From the NCBI RefSeq assembly GCF_009834535.1, contig NC_045696.1:94490001-94554000 (forward strand): DNA of 64,000 nt. Direction: 5' to 3'. The first letter of the stretch is position 1. Every line of letters starts with the position of its first letter. The translations under genes were made by a program, and so were the position numbers. The notes under the pieces are model-generated. The model did not search any database and was not told the DNA's origin. It worked only from the letters and a program-made list of their open reading frames with translations. This stretch comes from Camelus ferus (lineage: Eukaryota). Below are positions 11,956-25,178 of the stretch, in pieces.

Positions 11956-12564
11956 GTTTATTCTTGAAGAGTACTAAAAATGGGTAAGAATAAGTTTTTA
12001 AGCAGTAAAAATATTGATATATTTCCATAGAGGTTTGGAGAGAAAATCGGAAAGTTTTATACTTGTGAAGTCAATTTCAATTTCCTCTTCTTTACAACAG
12101 TGTTTCTAATATTTGATAACAGACCCCTTTTAAATCCTCCCTTTGCCCCAGAATGATTATCTTCCATAAGACAGTTCTTCCCATGACATGGTTTCCAAAC
12201 CCCTGACAGCCCAGGGAATCCTCCTTTAGAAGCCATGTTGAACTGTTCTGTCAACAAATTGGTAAATCTGGGAGCTGTTTCCCGTCGTCTCCTTCCTTAT
12301 GTGGTTCTGCGTTAGAGCAACCAAAAGAGGAAACCGCGTAAGATTCAAAAGGCAGGAAGAAGTCGTGGTCATTATTTCTGCAGGCCTTAGCAGGCAAATG
12401 GAGTGATGGACAGATACAGAAGTGCTTAGAGGGTTTCACTTGGCCCTCACTCTCCTCTGCACCACATCCTCACTCCTGATCCTGGTACCCCAGAATAGCC
12501 CCAGTCCCCAACTAGTCACCTGGGGGAAGACACACTGACGTGGTAACAACACAGAGGGAACAAC

Positions 12565-12738
12565 CAGTGCTGTCTCTTAAAGGTATAACATCAGCCACAT
12601 ATGCAATTTTAAATTTTCTAGTAGCCACATAGAAAAGGTAAAAAGAAACAAGTCAGTTTTAATAATCTATTTTATATAACCTAACATAATTAAGGATGTA
12701 TTCTTTCAACACATAAACAATAAAAAATGGTTAATGAA
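12565..12738 (+). mobile_element. MER33/MER3-like hAT-Charlie MITE, partial
   Basis: agccacatatgcaattttaaattttctagtagccacat; related copies at 38587 and 58545. Confidence 0.8.
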
Positions 12739-12739
12739 A

Positions 12740-13230
12740 CAGCAAGGAAGCCAGTGTACTAAAAACGGTGAGTGAAAAGGAAGGTAGCGGGGGACGAAGT
12801 GAAAATGCAACCAAGAACCTGTTTGTAGAGGGCACTGTAGACCACAGTAATGGTGTGGGATTTTCCAGGGTGTAATGAGACATTTGAGTAGAGGGATGGC
12901 ATGAGCTGACTTCTACTTTTAAATAGTTTTGGTTGTTCAGTGGAGAATAAACTTTAAGGGAGCAAATCTGGACGTGGAGAGCAATGAGGAGGATTTTGCA
13001 GTGTCTTAGGTAAAAGATGAGGGGGGCTTGGACTAGGGTTATAGCGTAAAAAAGATAAGTTATGGAAAATCTGTGATAGTTTCAGGGTAGAACTGACAAA
13101 ATTGGCCCATGGTTGAATGTGTGAGAGAGAGAAGCAAGACTTAGAGATGGTGCCTATCTTTTTGGATTAAGCACTTTGGGATGACAGTGCCGTTGACCAT
13201 GAGGAGGGAGACTGTTACCGAGTCAAAACT
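12740..13230 (-). mobile_element. L2 fragment
   Basis: gcaaggaagccagtg...ggcttggactaggg...ggtagaactgacaa...atggttgaatgtg. Confidence 0.8.
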
Positions 13231-13599
13231 CGGTATCCCATATATCCCATATATTTCAGGCTGTAGGCAACATTCTTTTACACAAAGGTGCAGAACCAGT
13301 GCGACTAAGCCCAGGAAACTGAGCACAGGGTTGAAGCCGAAGGAAGAGATCTAATATGGAGTCAGATTGGTTCTTTTCTACTTAAAAGACTAAGAAAAAA
13401 ACTGTTTATTTTGTTTGGCTTTATCATAAAATATGATTTTAAATATTGATTCTTTGTCATTTTGATAAGCATATCATTAAGTCACAGACATAAATCTTGA
13501 ACTGAGGAGAGCTGACTATAGAGTTTTATGGTTCCATTCAGCTTGATACCCAAGCATTTAACATTACATCCAGAACACAGTTAATTCATCTTACTCCAC

Positions 13600-15978
13600 T
13601 ACTTACTATCATTTACACATCTTGTCCATAAGTATAAAATTCATTCAGCATCATGTTTCATTTATGGCATTACTTTGATCTCCCAAACTAGTAGCTTCAT
13701 TTCTTCCTTCCCTACTTAGCCTGGACCATTTCAGTGGGTTCTTGCCTATATCATCCAGTCTCTCAACCCCCTCTTTCCGGCTCATCTGAGTCACCAGACC
13801 CTAACCTGTGATTAGTCCAACTATCTGTTTGCTCAACAGATACTTCAAAGCTGCCGAATGCTGCTGGAGAAACACTGCATAACTGGATTGCTTGAACTTA
13901 CCACATATTTACCATTTCCAGCCTCAACTCAGTCCACAGTGTTGTTGGGCAGTGCTTTCATTGCCTCTATTAAGATAACTTTCCCAATCACTAAGGTTAT
14001 CATTTTATGTTTTTGCATTCCTCCTCGAACTTTCACTTTTATACACAGGAGAAAAAAAGTATTGCTTGCTGGAAAACAAAATGAGTACTCCAGGTAATTA
14101 ATTTATTCACATTTTCTCCTCCAACTACAACATTATATATATTGACACTCATCCTCACCCACCACATTCAAACCTTCTTGCATTCATCTCCAAATGTCTC
14201 TTCCAGATGGTGCTGCATCATCAATTTCTCCCTCTTCATTGACTGCTTTTCTTTCCTCAGTAAATATGCTTAAGTCTCCTCTCATCCTAAAGAAAATCTT
14301 CTTCACTCCTTTGTCCTTCTTAAGCTACTACATCTGTCTCTGTCCTTCTTTCACTGCAGATTTCATCAGGAAGTTTCATAATCCGCTATAATCACATCCC
14401 TCTGCTGAACCTGTTCTTCCCAAAGTCTTTAGTGACCCCCAGGTCTTAAATTCAACTATTTATTATACTTCTTTTATTCCATTTATCATCTCTGTAGCCC
14501 ATTTATCATCTCTGTAGCATTTAGTGCTGTTGACCACAGTCTCTTTCTTGAATTTCTCATCTCTGGCCCTCACTCCTCTGATCAATTCTAGATATTCTTG
14601 ATTGATCCATCTTCCTTCACAATCACTTGCAGATGGTACTTTGAGACCTTCCCACATATTTCTTTTCCTCTCGTGCACATTCCTCTCCTTGAGTGATGTT
14701 ACTCACCTAGACAGTCTACTTTCACCTACCATGGTAGCTGAGAAAATGTGCTGTTGCAATCTCCTACTGTGAGGAGCAAAGTTGACTAAGAGCCCTACCT
14801 CCTGCCCTTACAGATCAGCCACCACATTGGCACCAAGGCCGTGCTTCCCCTGGCTGCTCCCAGTCAACTGAGTTTGATTGAGTTTGGTTGGATTCTAGTG
14901 CAGACTCAGGATGCTCTTTTGGCTCTAGGACTCCACTGAGCCTGGAGAAAACTTTCTTAGGATTGTGCTGCCATCTGAGACTCTTCCCATGCAAACCTCC
15001 TTCCTTCCCTCGCTCCTTATTACAAGTGTTAAACCAGCATTGTGGTCTAAAGGATTTCCCTGCCTTTCTTCTTCTCCCTCATGAATATTTCCCCCGATAA
15101 TTCTCTTGCACACTTGATCTCAACTTGGCAACTACTTCTTAGAGGATCAGATTCCACCCACCAGTACACCGACAGCTGACAAATATATCCCCAGTTCCTA
15201 CCCTGAGCTGAAGATTTATATAACTGATCACTCAATAACTTCTCCAGGTGATTCAAATATATCTCAAATTCAATACATTGCATATGAAATTCCTTATTTG
15301 CCATGCACTCATATTGCTTTCCAGCAATTCTTGCCTCATGTAGTTGCACCATCATCCATCCAACTGTTCTCTCCTGCTCATCATCCCCTCTTCCATGTGC
15401 TTAACTCAGGCATTCATTAAACTATTTGGGACTGGTGCCCTGTCAATTATAGACACCTGGCTTTCTGTCTGGCCCCTCTCCAATTCTGTACTCACAAAAG
15501 GCTCTCTACAAGCTGGCTCCCTGTTATCTTTGCCTGCTTTATCACTGTCAGCCTTCTCGTCCACCCATCATTCTATACTTCCTTCCACTCACTAATTAAA
15601 TATTCCACACTTGCTCATGGCTCTGAGTCCTTGAAGGTGCTATTTTAGTATCCCCTACTGTCGCTGTTGCTCAACTTCTACACATTTTTCAAGGTGCAAC
15701 TCAAATGTTATTTACTTGAGGCTCCACTCCCAAACCAGCTACTACCATAGACAAAGATAGCAAATCTTCCCTTTTTATTATCTTAGGACACCTATAGACT
15801 CCAATTACAGCACTCTTTTCTTGTATTTTGCTACAGTTATGTGTATAATCTGTCCCTGTCACTATCTTCTAAGACTTTGAAGAATGAACTATGTATTATT
15901 AGTCTGTATCTGTCCAGTTCCTTGAATGGTGCCTCCATCATAATAGGTATTCAATATATATTTGTGGAATTAACTGAA
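13600..15978 (+). mobile_element. Long L2 remnant interrupted by an LTR16A-like LTR
   Basis: Pyrimidine-rich L2 body (tgttgaccacagtctctttcttgaa), ending ataggtattcaatatatatttgtggaattaactgaa. Confidence 0.75.
14730..15165 (+). mobile_element. LTR16A-like ERVL solo LTR nested in L2
   Basis: ccaaggccgtgcttcccctggctgctcccag...actttcttaggattgtgctg...ctcttgcacac. Confidence 0.7.
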
Positions 15979-17069
15979 GCAGCAAAGATTAAGTAAAGTT
16001 ATATATTGATTGGACTTTTCTTGAGAAATGCATGCTAACTTTTAATGATTATCTCAGTGTTTCTTAAATGCTTGAAAATAACCTACTTTTTTTTTTTTTG
16101 CTGCCTCTATCAAAACAGATAGGTTTGAGGCCACCACTCAAAGTCTGAATCAAAACCCAGGGCTAAATCTATAATTTTCTTAAGAAAGAGCAATGTTAGC
16201 CAGACACAAACTTATTTGAGCAAATCCAGTGCTGATAGTATGAAGGTTTTTAAGGAAGAGTTTGTTTTGAGACATATTTGTCACAGAGGCAAGACGAGGG
16301 TGACATCAATCTTAGAAACTGGCACAAATACTCCACAAATAATTACTGAATATCTGCTATGATGGATGCACTTTTGTGCTGGATACAAAAGTGCATTCTG
16401 TTTGGTTAGAGAAGTAGAATGGGTTTGATGTAAGCTTTAGAACTGTGTTCAATGCTTTGAATCGGCCACAGATTGGCTGACTTTCAAAGCATGAGGCTGT
16501 CACTGACTGGTCAGCTTTCACAAATGTAATCACTGAAGCAAGGTATCATTGAGCAGGAAATTTTTAAAATCAATTCTGGTAATCTGTTAGAACCGTGGCT
16601 ACAAAACAGTCAATAATTGATTAGACAGATGTAAAACCATTTAGGTGGAGGTTTCTGTGACACTATAGAACAACCAGTTTGCTATGAGCGGCGTGAGACC
16701 CTCTGACACTCCTGACTTCTTCCCTTAGTTCAGTTAGGGTCTCTAATGTACTCCAGGCTCACGAAAGCACAGACACACACATGCTTTATTCCTACAACCA
16801 GCTGATTAGATACAGGAATACAATAATAAATGCCACTGCTTGGTGTCACACAGTCTCCCCTGTAGGGTTTATCTTTTACTGAGAGGGATAGATCAGGGAA
16901 AATATTAGTGCAAGGAACTCTCTGAATTGGGGACTGTCTGTCCATAAGGCTGATTTTATTTCAGGTTTGTTAAGTAATGATCAACTTGAGAGCTGTAACA
17001 CAAGAACTCATGTTTGCTGAGCCAGGTATTTTGAGTTATTCCAAACGAAGCACACAGAGAGCAGAAAAG

Positions 17070-17262
17070 TGAGCCAACACATATGTAACATGTTAATAAT
17101 TCTTTACATATTATCAATTAATCTCCAAAACCACCAAGTAGGTAGGTGTTATGTTCTTATGTTCATTTCTATGAAACAAAGTGGAACTTAAAGGGGTTTA
17201 GTAAATTTTTCAATGTCATGAAGCTTGGAAGTGACAAAATTAGAATTTAAATACAGGTTTCT
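17070..17262 (-). mobile_element. MIR, target of the adjacent L1 insertion
   Basis: ctttacatattatcaattaatctcc...gtaggtaggtgttat...gtgacaaaattagaatttaaatacaggttt. Confidence 0.65.
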
Positions 17263-19153
17263 TTCTTTCTTTTTGTTTTTTAATTGAAGTATAGTCAGTT
17301 ACAATGTGTCAATTTCTGGTGTACAGCATGTCCCAGTCATGTATGTGTATGTATATATATTCATTTTCATATACTTTTTCATTGAAGGTTATTACAAGAT
17401 GTTGAATATAGTTCCCTGTGCTATAAAGGAGAAACTTGGTTTTTTATCTATTTTTATATATAGTGGTTAATATTTGCAAATCTCAAACTCCCAAATTTAT
17501 CCCTTCCCACTCCCTTTCCCCCAATAACCATAAGATTCTTTACTATGTCTGCGAGTCTTTCTGTTTTGTAGATTAGTTCATTACTATCCTTTTGTTTCCA
17601 ATATGAGTGATATCAAATGTATTTTTTTTTCTCTTTCTGGCTTACTTCACTTAGAATGATGATCTCCATGTTGCTGCAAATGGCATTATTTTATTCTTTT
17701 TATGGCTGAGTAGTATTCCATTGTATAAATATACCACATCTTCTTTATCCAGTCATTTGTCAATGGATATTTAGGTTGCATATAGTGCTGCTATGAACAT
17801 TGGGGTGTGTGTATCTTTTTGAATTAGAGTTCCCTTTGAGTATATGCCCAGGAATGGGATTGCTGGATCATATGGTAAGTCTATTCCTAGTCTTTTGAGG
17901 AATCTCCATTACTGTTTTCCATAATGGCTGCACCAAACTGCATTCCCACCAGCAGTGTAGGAGGGTTCCCTTTTCTCCATAGCCTCTCCAGCATTTATCA
18001 TTTGTGGACTTTTGAATGATGGCCATACAGACTGGTGTGAGGCGATACCTCATTGTAGTTTTGATTTGCATTTCTGATAATTAGCGATATTGAGCATTTT
18101 TTCATGTGCCTATTGGCCATTTGTATGTCTTCATTAGAGAATTGTTTAATTCTTCTGCCCATTTTTGGATTGGGTTGTTTTTTTCTTATTAAGTTGTATG
18201 AGCTGTTTATATATTCTAGAAATTAAGCCCGTGTCAGTCTCGTCATTTGCAAATATTTTCTCCTATTCCATTGGTTGTCTTCTTGTTTTGCTTATGGTTT
18301 CCTTTGCTGTGCAAAACTCGTAAGTTTAATTAGGCCCCATTTGTTTATTTTTGCTTTTATTTCTATTGCCTGGGTAGACTGCCCTAGGAGAACATTGCTA
18401 AGATTTATGTCAGGGGATGTTTTACCTATGCTTTCTTCTAGGAAGTTTATAGTGCCTTGTCTTATATTTAAGTCTTTAAGCCATTTTGAGTTTATTTTTG
18501 TGTATGATGTGAAGGAGCGTTCTAACTTCATTGATTTACATGCTGCTATCCAGTTTTCCCAACATAACTTGCTGAAAAGACTGTCTTTTCTCCACTGTAT
18601 ATTCTTGCCTCCTTTGTCAAAGATTAATTGACCATAGGTCTGTGGGTTCATTTCTGGGCGCTCTATTTTGTTCCATTGGTCCATCTGTCTGTTTTTGTAC
18701 CAATACCATGCTGTCTTGATTATTCTAGCTCTGTAGTATTGTCTGAAGTCTGGGAGGGTTATTCCTCCAGCTTCATTCTTTTTCTTCAGTTTTGCTTTGG
18801 CAATTCTGGGTCTTTTGTGATTCCATATAAATTTTATTATTGTTTGTTCTAGTTCTGTGAAAAATGTCACCGGTAATTTGATAGGATCTCATTAAGTCTG
18901 TAGCTTGCCTTGGGCAGTATGGCCATTTTAACAATATTGATTCTTCCAATCCAAGGGCATGGGATATCCTTCCGTTTCTTTAAGTCATCTTTAGTTTCCT
19001 TAATCAACGTTTTGCAGTTGTATAAGTCTTTCACCTCCATGGTCAGATTTATTCCTAAGTGTTGTATTGTTTTGGATGTGATTTTAAAAGGGGCTGTTTC
19101 TTTACTTTCTTTTTCTGATATTTCATTGTTAAGTGTAAAGAAATGCAACTGTG
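17263..19153 (-). mobile_element. 5'-truncated young L1 (about 1.9 kb): frameshifted ORF2 C-terminal part, 3' UTR and tail
   Basis: ORFs 18867-19148 (DIPCPWIGRINIVKMAILPKA), 18292-18870 ([22 protein letters not shown]...[12 protein letters not shown]) and 17868-18071 ([18 protein letters not shown]) are canonical ORF2p segments. TSD aatacaggtttct (17250-17262) / aatccaggtttct (19154-19166). Confidence 0.98.
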
Positions 19154-20344
19154 AATCCAGGTTTCTATTTCAATAGTCAAGAAAACATTCCCCCTGAACT
19201 GTACTCCCTGCCCCCAAGGAAAAGTGGAATACCTCCACTCTGAAGAAATCAGTCTGGAGAGAGCATGCAGTGGAGATTGGGGGAATCACTACCAGTCATC
19301 CAGACCTGGAAAAACAGTTGTGCTAAAATTTATATTTCTGAACCTCTTACTCATTGGCTGGGGTGTTTTGTTTTGTTTTTTTTGATTACTCACAAAACAA
19401 AAACTAAAATATTCTTACATTTTAGAAAGTTACCCGAACTCCAAATGCCTGCTGTTCTCACACAAACGTTTGCTGTGCAGAAAGCCACACCACAAGAAAT
19501 TGTGGTGTAATTAGGTTCCAGTTGGTATATATAAATGGCCACTTCAACATACTCATTTTTCAAAAAGCTACATGACTCAATAATGCCATCTCTCTCTCTC
19601 TACCTCACACATTTTTAAAAAATGACTGAAATAAATATACAAAGCTGTATCAAAATATGAAAAACAAATATGGCTAGCTTAAATTTATTGAGATTTTCTA
19701 GGAGTCATATGTGCTACTAAGCACTAACTTAAAACAAGGATAGGGGCATAAAAACAGAGAAGAATGGAGTTAATTATTTTTTTAAATGCATACAATAAAG
19801 TCCTGTTCACTAATGTTGGATGGATCACAAATTTGACTCTAGGTATTTTAAGTTCTATTTAAGAACAAAGATTTGGTGTTACTCTTAGTAATACAATTAA
19901 TTCAGATTGGCAATTAAAAATGATAATGTAAAAAGTCAAAGACCGGAGTAAAAAATGATAGCACAGTTAGTATATAAAAGTTGAAAATAAAATCAGACCA
20001 TCAGAAGAAGCACAACTTTTTCTTGATACTAAGCCAGTAAGCTAATTTCTTTTGTGAATATTCAGAAATATGGCATTGAACAATGGCCTTAAAAATATCT
20101 ACTTCCATTAAATTGCTTGTATAGCATCTTCTGAATATCCCAGCACCTTGAGTATTTCAACATATTTCTACTGACAATGAGTGACAAACGTTGCCTAGCA
20201 TATTCAGTATACTAAATAAAGATTCTGGTTTTCTAAACTATTTATTTTTGAATAGGTAACATGTAGAACAGAACACAAAGAACAGAGTGAAAGTCTCTCC
20301 TAATTGTGTCCTCCAGCACCCCAGTTCCCAATGGAAGGGAAATA

Positions 20345-21470
20345 ATATTAAATACTATAATTTTAGAAAAGTTCTCTGAAATAAAGGAAGGCCTGGATCT
20401 GTAATATTGAATAGATCCATCTTTTATCTCAGAAAATCAATCCAGAACAGTCGACTGTGAGACATATCCTAGTAAGAGTATTGAACTTTAGAAGTAAAGA
20501 TAAGAACCCTCTGTGTTTCCAGGCAGAATCAAAAAGTCACTTAGAAAGAACAGAAATTCAGGTTGGCATCAGACTTAAGGTCATCAACAATCAAAGCAAG
20601 AAAGCACTGCAACACCCCATAAACTTCAAAAAAGGAGGGGTAAATAAAGGATTTTATATACAGCCAAGCTGTTCTTCAAATATTGTGGTGACCCATCTTT
20701 CCTGGGGAATCTACTAACAGATGAACTTCATTTAACAAAGAAGTGATTAAGGGAACTAGCAAAAGAACTAGTACTGAGGATTAAATATACAATTGACCGT
20801 TGATCAATATGGAGGTTTGGGGTACTGACTATTCACATATAACTTCACAGTCAGCACTCTGTAGGCAGGTCCACATCTGGGGATTCAGTCATCCATGGAT
20901 GGTGTAGTACTATGGTACATACTTAGTGGGGAAAAAATTCCACATATAAGTGGACCCCCACAGTTCAAGCACCTGTTGTTCAAACGTCAACTGTACATAA
21001 TTGTAGATCTAAGACTAACAGGTAAGAATGAGAAAGAAAGCCTAGTATGTAAATATTCTTTGTCAAAGTCAAAGTAACACACACACACACAAAACTGAGA
21101 AATGAAAGAAAAAGAAAATAGTATATGGTCACTGACTGCTGCAAAGGTAATAGGTAGAAATAAAAGGAAACCATCTAAAGCTGACAATATAGTTGACATC
21201 TAACCAAGGACGAAAGGGACTAAAAGTATTAAAAGTATCAAAATAAGATAATAATTGTTTTAAATATATATCTTAAACACAAAAATATTACAATATAGTA
21301 GAAGTTTAATTGAAAAGCAAACAATACAGGCTACTTAATGAAAGTCACATAGTAAATAAACATAATTCTGTTACAAAAGACCAAACTTACCCGTCATACT
21401 GATAAATGTAAATAGGCTCAATTTATCTATCTAAAAATTTTTTTTAGATTGGCTTACAAATCAAAATCAG
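20345..21470 (+). mobile_element. Ancient L1/HAL1-like ORF1 region remnant
   Basis: ORF 20457 RHILVRVLNFRSKDK...IQVGIRL resembles ORF1p PRHIIVKL...KILQA...IRLASDF. Later ctgataaatgtaaataggctcaat resembles the ORF2 start (LNVNGLN). Confidence 0.7.
20790..20993 (+). mobile_element. Tigger1-derived MITE (Tigger1a_Art-like)
   Basis: Terminal inverted repeats caattgaccgttgatcaa / ttgttcaaacgtcaactg, flanked by TA on both sides. Confidence 0.88.
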
Positions 21471-23734
21471 AGTAAGGAATATTCCTCAAGACACATGATG
21501 TCATTTCTTCCAAAAGTCATTGTCATTCCTCTGCATTTTCCTGCCCTGAGCATTTGCCAATATCGGCTTTGTTCCTGTTTATACTCTACACTTGCAAAAT
21601 ATGTTTTTAATCCCTCCAATCTTACTATTCCAAATTAAGTCTTCCAAAGCAGTTTAGCATTGGATGTTTATTAAAGTAGAGGAAAATATGGGCAAATGTT
21701 GGGTTTTGAGGGAAAGAATCCATTATGTAATGCATTTTATTCTTAAATGCTAAGTGGTTCCAGGCTTTCCCTTCCTGTTTCTTATGGAATTGCATCAGCT
21801 TTTTAAGGCTAAATACAAGAGATCAGAAGAAAAAAAAAAACCACATCAGGAAAAGATACTTATTTAAAAATTATCTTAAAAGTCTCTATTTCCTTGCTAT
21901 GCTATCACAGGTAAATCACTAATCTCAGCCTTTTCCAAAATTTTGCATCCTTCCTACATTGCAGATAATTAATAATCAGCTACTTTAAAAGCTATTTATA
22001 AGCAATGTATAGTATGGATGCTCACAATCATATCTTACAGAATTTTCACTGACTTTTACGTTAAATAACATTACCATATGGAAAAAAATAGAATATATAG
22101 ATAGAAAAATAAAGCCCAATAATTAAATCAGCCACAATTCCACCACAACACTGTTGTAAATGTTTCCGTATATAGATACATGCACAGCAGCCACCAGACC
22201 TGCAAGCAGCCTGCTGCCCCTTCTCTGTCTACCTCTTTGATTTGCAAATGGAGATGGAAAACGAGGCTCGGAAGGAAAAAGTCAGAGCAAAGGCTCTAGT
22301 TGCATCATAGGTACTGACACCTGGGGACCTTTAGTGCGGCTCTTACCAGGCCAGAGGGTTAAATACTGAATGAAAAGCATCCTTAGATAAATTGTAATCT
22401 ACTTAGACTTTTAATAGGGAGTCATTTGTATCCTCCTAGTTTTCTATCAGAGAATCAGAAACAGAAAATAATATTTCTCTAAAATATTGATGTATGTGGT
22501 TTTTCAAATAATAAAAATTATAAGTAATAGATATTCAATGCAACAAAAAATTAGATGATACAGAAAAGTACAGAAAGAAATTTAAAATCCCACATTTATC
22601 ACTCACTCTGCCACCATATTTTACATCAACAAATCATTTTGACACGTTTTTAGTGCCCGAGAGAACTGACCCTTAACTGCAAATATCGGGACGTTACCTG
22701 GAGAGGAAGTGGACCATTAACCTACTACTGTGTCCTCTCACCTTCTTAGTAAGGGTCAGCCAGGATTGGTCCTTGACTACAATTTAGTCACAATTATATT
22801 GTACAATGGCTAAGTATTAATTATTATGTATTTGATATTAAGTATTAATGTCTAAGTATTAATTGCTCCAGCTAAAATTTTTTTACCAGTGATATGAAAT
22901 TAATTTGGTTACTAAATATCCAGCTTTCACAACTATAACATTTTTCTTAATTCCACATATTTATTTGAATTAGGCCAGATGATTCTTGAGTTTCCTCTAG
23001 CACTAAAATGTGGTGGCAGTTCCCTGAAAAGCAATGTAAAAAGAAACTAAGACAGCACTGTAAATAAGTTAGCTTTTTGTGAGATTTTCTCAAAGTTATC
23101 AAAAAATCAATTCAAGTGTTTTCTTCTAATGCATTTTGACGTTTACTCTTTCAGTATAAAAGCTGGTTACCATATGCAAAAGCATATTCTTAATAATTGA
23201 TGTTGTTTACTTTGAATGTGATTACTCATAGAAGGCTGGAGAAATGAATCAATACTTGCTTAGCTTCTCCAAAATAAATCAGAGATAATTGTTAAAGTAA
23301 TGCACATTAATTTAGGCTGTCAAATTAATTTCCCAACACCTCCTTATGCTACAAGAGTCTTAATTAAGAAATAACTAAGGTTGCCTTCCCTTATTACAGG
23401 TACTGCTGAACCACTGGCTCTGAACAAAGTCATTTAACTCCTTTGATGTATGTGATTTAAAGAACACCAGAGAAAATCTACACCCCATTAGTTATGCTGT
23501 ACATTTGTAAAGGGAATTGGCAGTTTGCAAAATGCTTCCATGATCTTTCTGCAAACTGTGTCCAGTTCTGTAAGATGAAACATGGGCCTCCTACAAAGCT
23601 ATTTCAGTACTGTGTGGAGCCCCACAGAGGGTCCAGTCTCAAGTTCCTTAATTTTAAGAGGATTACTGACTAATAGAGTGCCTCAGAGAGAGAAAAGTGA
23701 GTGATGTAGTCTATGGACATTATGATAAGAGGGA

Positions 23735-23970
23735 AGTTTGAAGGAATTGGGAAGATTTAAGAAAAGAAGGGGTATAATAATTGGAACATCCTGTCTTGTT
23801 TGAATGTATGGTATATGGCAGAGGGCTTAATCCTTTATCTTGTTCAGATGGCAGGATCAGCTCTGATAATTGATAATCACAAGGAAGTAAATAATGATAG
23901 AGAGGGCTGCCTCACTCAGGAGTGCGCTTCCTGGTACCAAGCTTCCCTTGAAGGACCACTTAGGAGGGGT
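23735..23970 (+). mobile_element. CR1/L3 fragment
   Basis: gaaggaattgggaagattta...gagggctgcctcactcaggagtgcgcttcc...gaccactt. Confidence 0.5.
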
Positions 23971-24364
23971 GAAGGCTGACACTGAGGGACAGTTCTCCGA
24001 GGCCCACAGTCTCAGGCTTTCAAGCCTGCCTACCGTGAGGAAGCCTGTCCTTCTTGGTCCATCCCACACCTTGACTCTTGTTACCAACATTAGATGGACA
24101 TTTCAAAACTCCAAAAGACAGGTGACTTGTCAGAAGTCCTCTCAGTCCCTCATTACATGCCAAGCTATGCTTAGGGATTACCCAGTGCAGTTCTGTAGAA
24201 ATGGCCATTGCCAGGGTACAGACCAGGCCGTTGGAGAGCACGTGTGAGTCTAAGGGCACCATTCCCCCTCCCCAGAGTTTAAGGAGAGCACTGCAGTTCT
24301 TTACAGGCTGCTACACTCTGTCCATCCACCTAGTCTAGCGCTTACTATATAATTCTTCGTTACT

Positions 24365-24485
24365 TTGTACAACATGCTTCTTTAAGAGCAGAGGCTCTTC
24401 TGTTTATCCTTATAGCACCGTAACTTATCCAAGTGTTGGCATTTATTAGATACTCAGCATGTGCTTAGTGGAGGAATAAATGTAT
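24365..24485 (+). mobile_element. L2 3' end
   Basis: ttctttaagagcagaggc...agtgttggcatttattagatactcagcatgtgcttagtggaggaataaatg. Confidence 0.6.
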
Positions 24486-24976
24486 TCCATTCCAAACAGG
24501 CATTGCCTCAGTGCAGGCACTACAGCAATGGCAAGATACAGAGAATTAAAATAAGGTTCAGTCCTTGCCCTTAAGATGTACTAAAAAATCAGAATAAATA
24601 TGAATGAGTGCGGATACCGATAACGGGTGGAGTTTTGACTTTTAAGATTCCTTTCAACTCTAAGATTCTATAAATCCACCTTTCCTTCCTCAATTAAAAT
24701 AGCTTCAATGCAAGGGCATGAAAAGTGTCCATACTCTTTTAGGATTTTCCTAGGTTTTAATCTACCGTAGGTAATACAGCTCAGCTTCTAGCAAATCAAA
24801 TAATGTGAGGAGTCAATCTATAGATAAAGCATGAAGTTAGAGTTGGGAACAAAAGGTCTTGGTAGAAATTAGTGTTGAAACCATATAAAATGCTCTTTTC
24901 TCATATTGAGAAAAAAAAAGACTTTCTGGTTCTGGAATGTAAAGTGTATGGTAATTTATATACTACTGGAAGAATT

Positions 24977-25178
24977 CAAACTACTAAATCTATATTAAAA
25001 ATAATAAACAAGTTCCTACTATATAGCACAGAGAACTATATTCAGTATCCTTTAGTAACCTATAGTGAAAAAGAATATGAAAAGGAATATATATATGGAT
25101 GACTGAAATATTATGCTGTACACCAGAAATTGACACAACATTGTAAACTGACTATACTTCAATTAAAAAAATAAAAAA
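24977..25178 (+). mobile_element. Young L1 3' end
   Basis: tatagcacagagaactatattcag...ttgtaaactgactatacttcaattaaaaaaa. Confidence 0.93.

Noticed and set aside
12437..12520. Minus-strand cccag|VTSWGLG resembling the serine protease VTSWGLGC motif
   Set aside because: No following Cys or PGVY motif, an early stop, and no other protease exons found.
18292..18870. 192-aa ORF as a host gene
   Set aside because: It is a frameshifted piece of L1 ORF2 in a 5'-truncated copy and cannot be autonomous.
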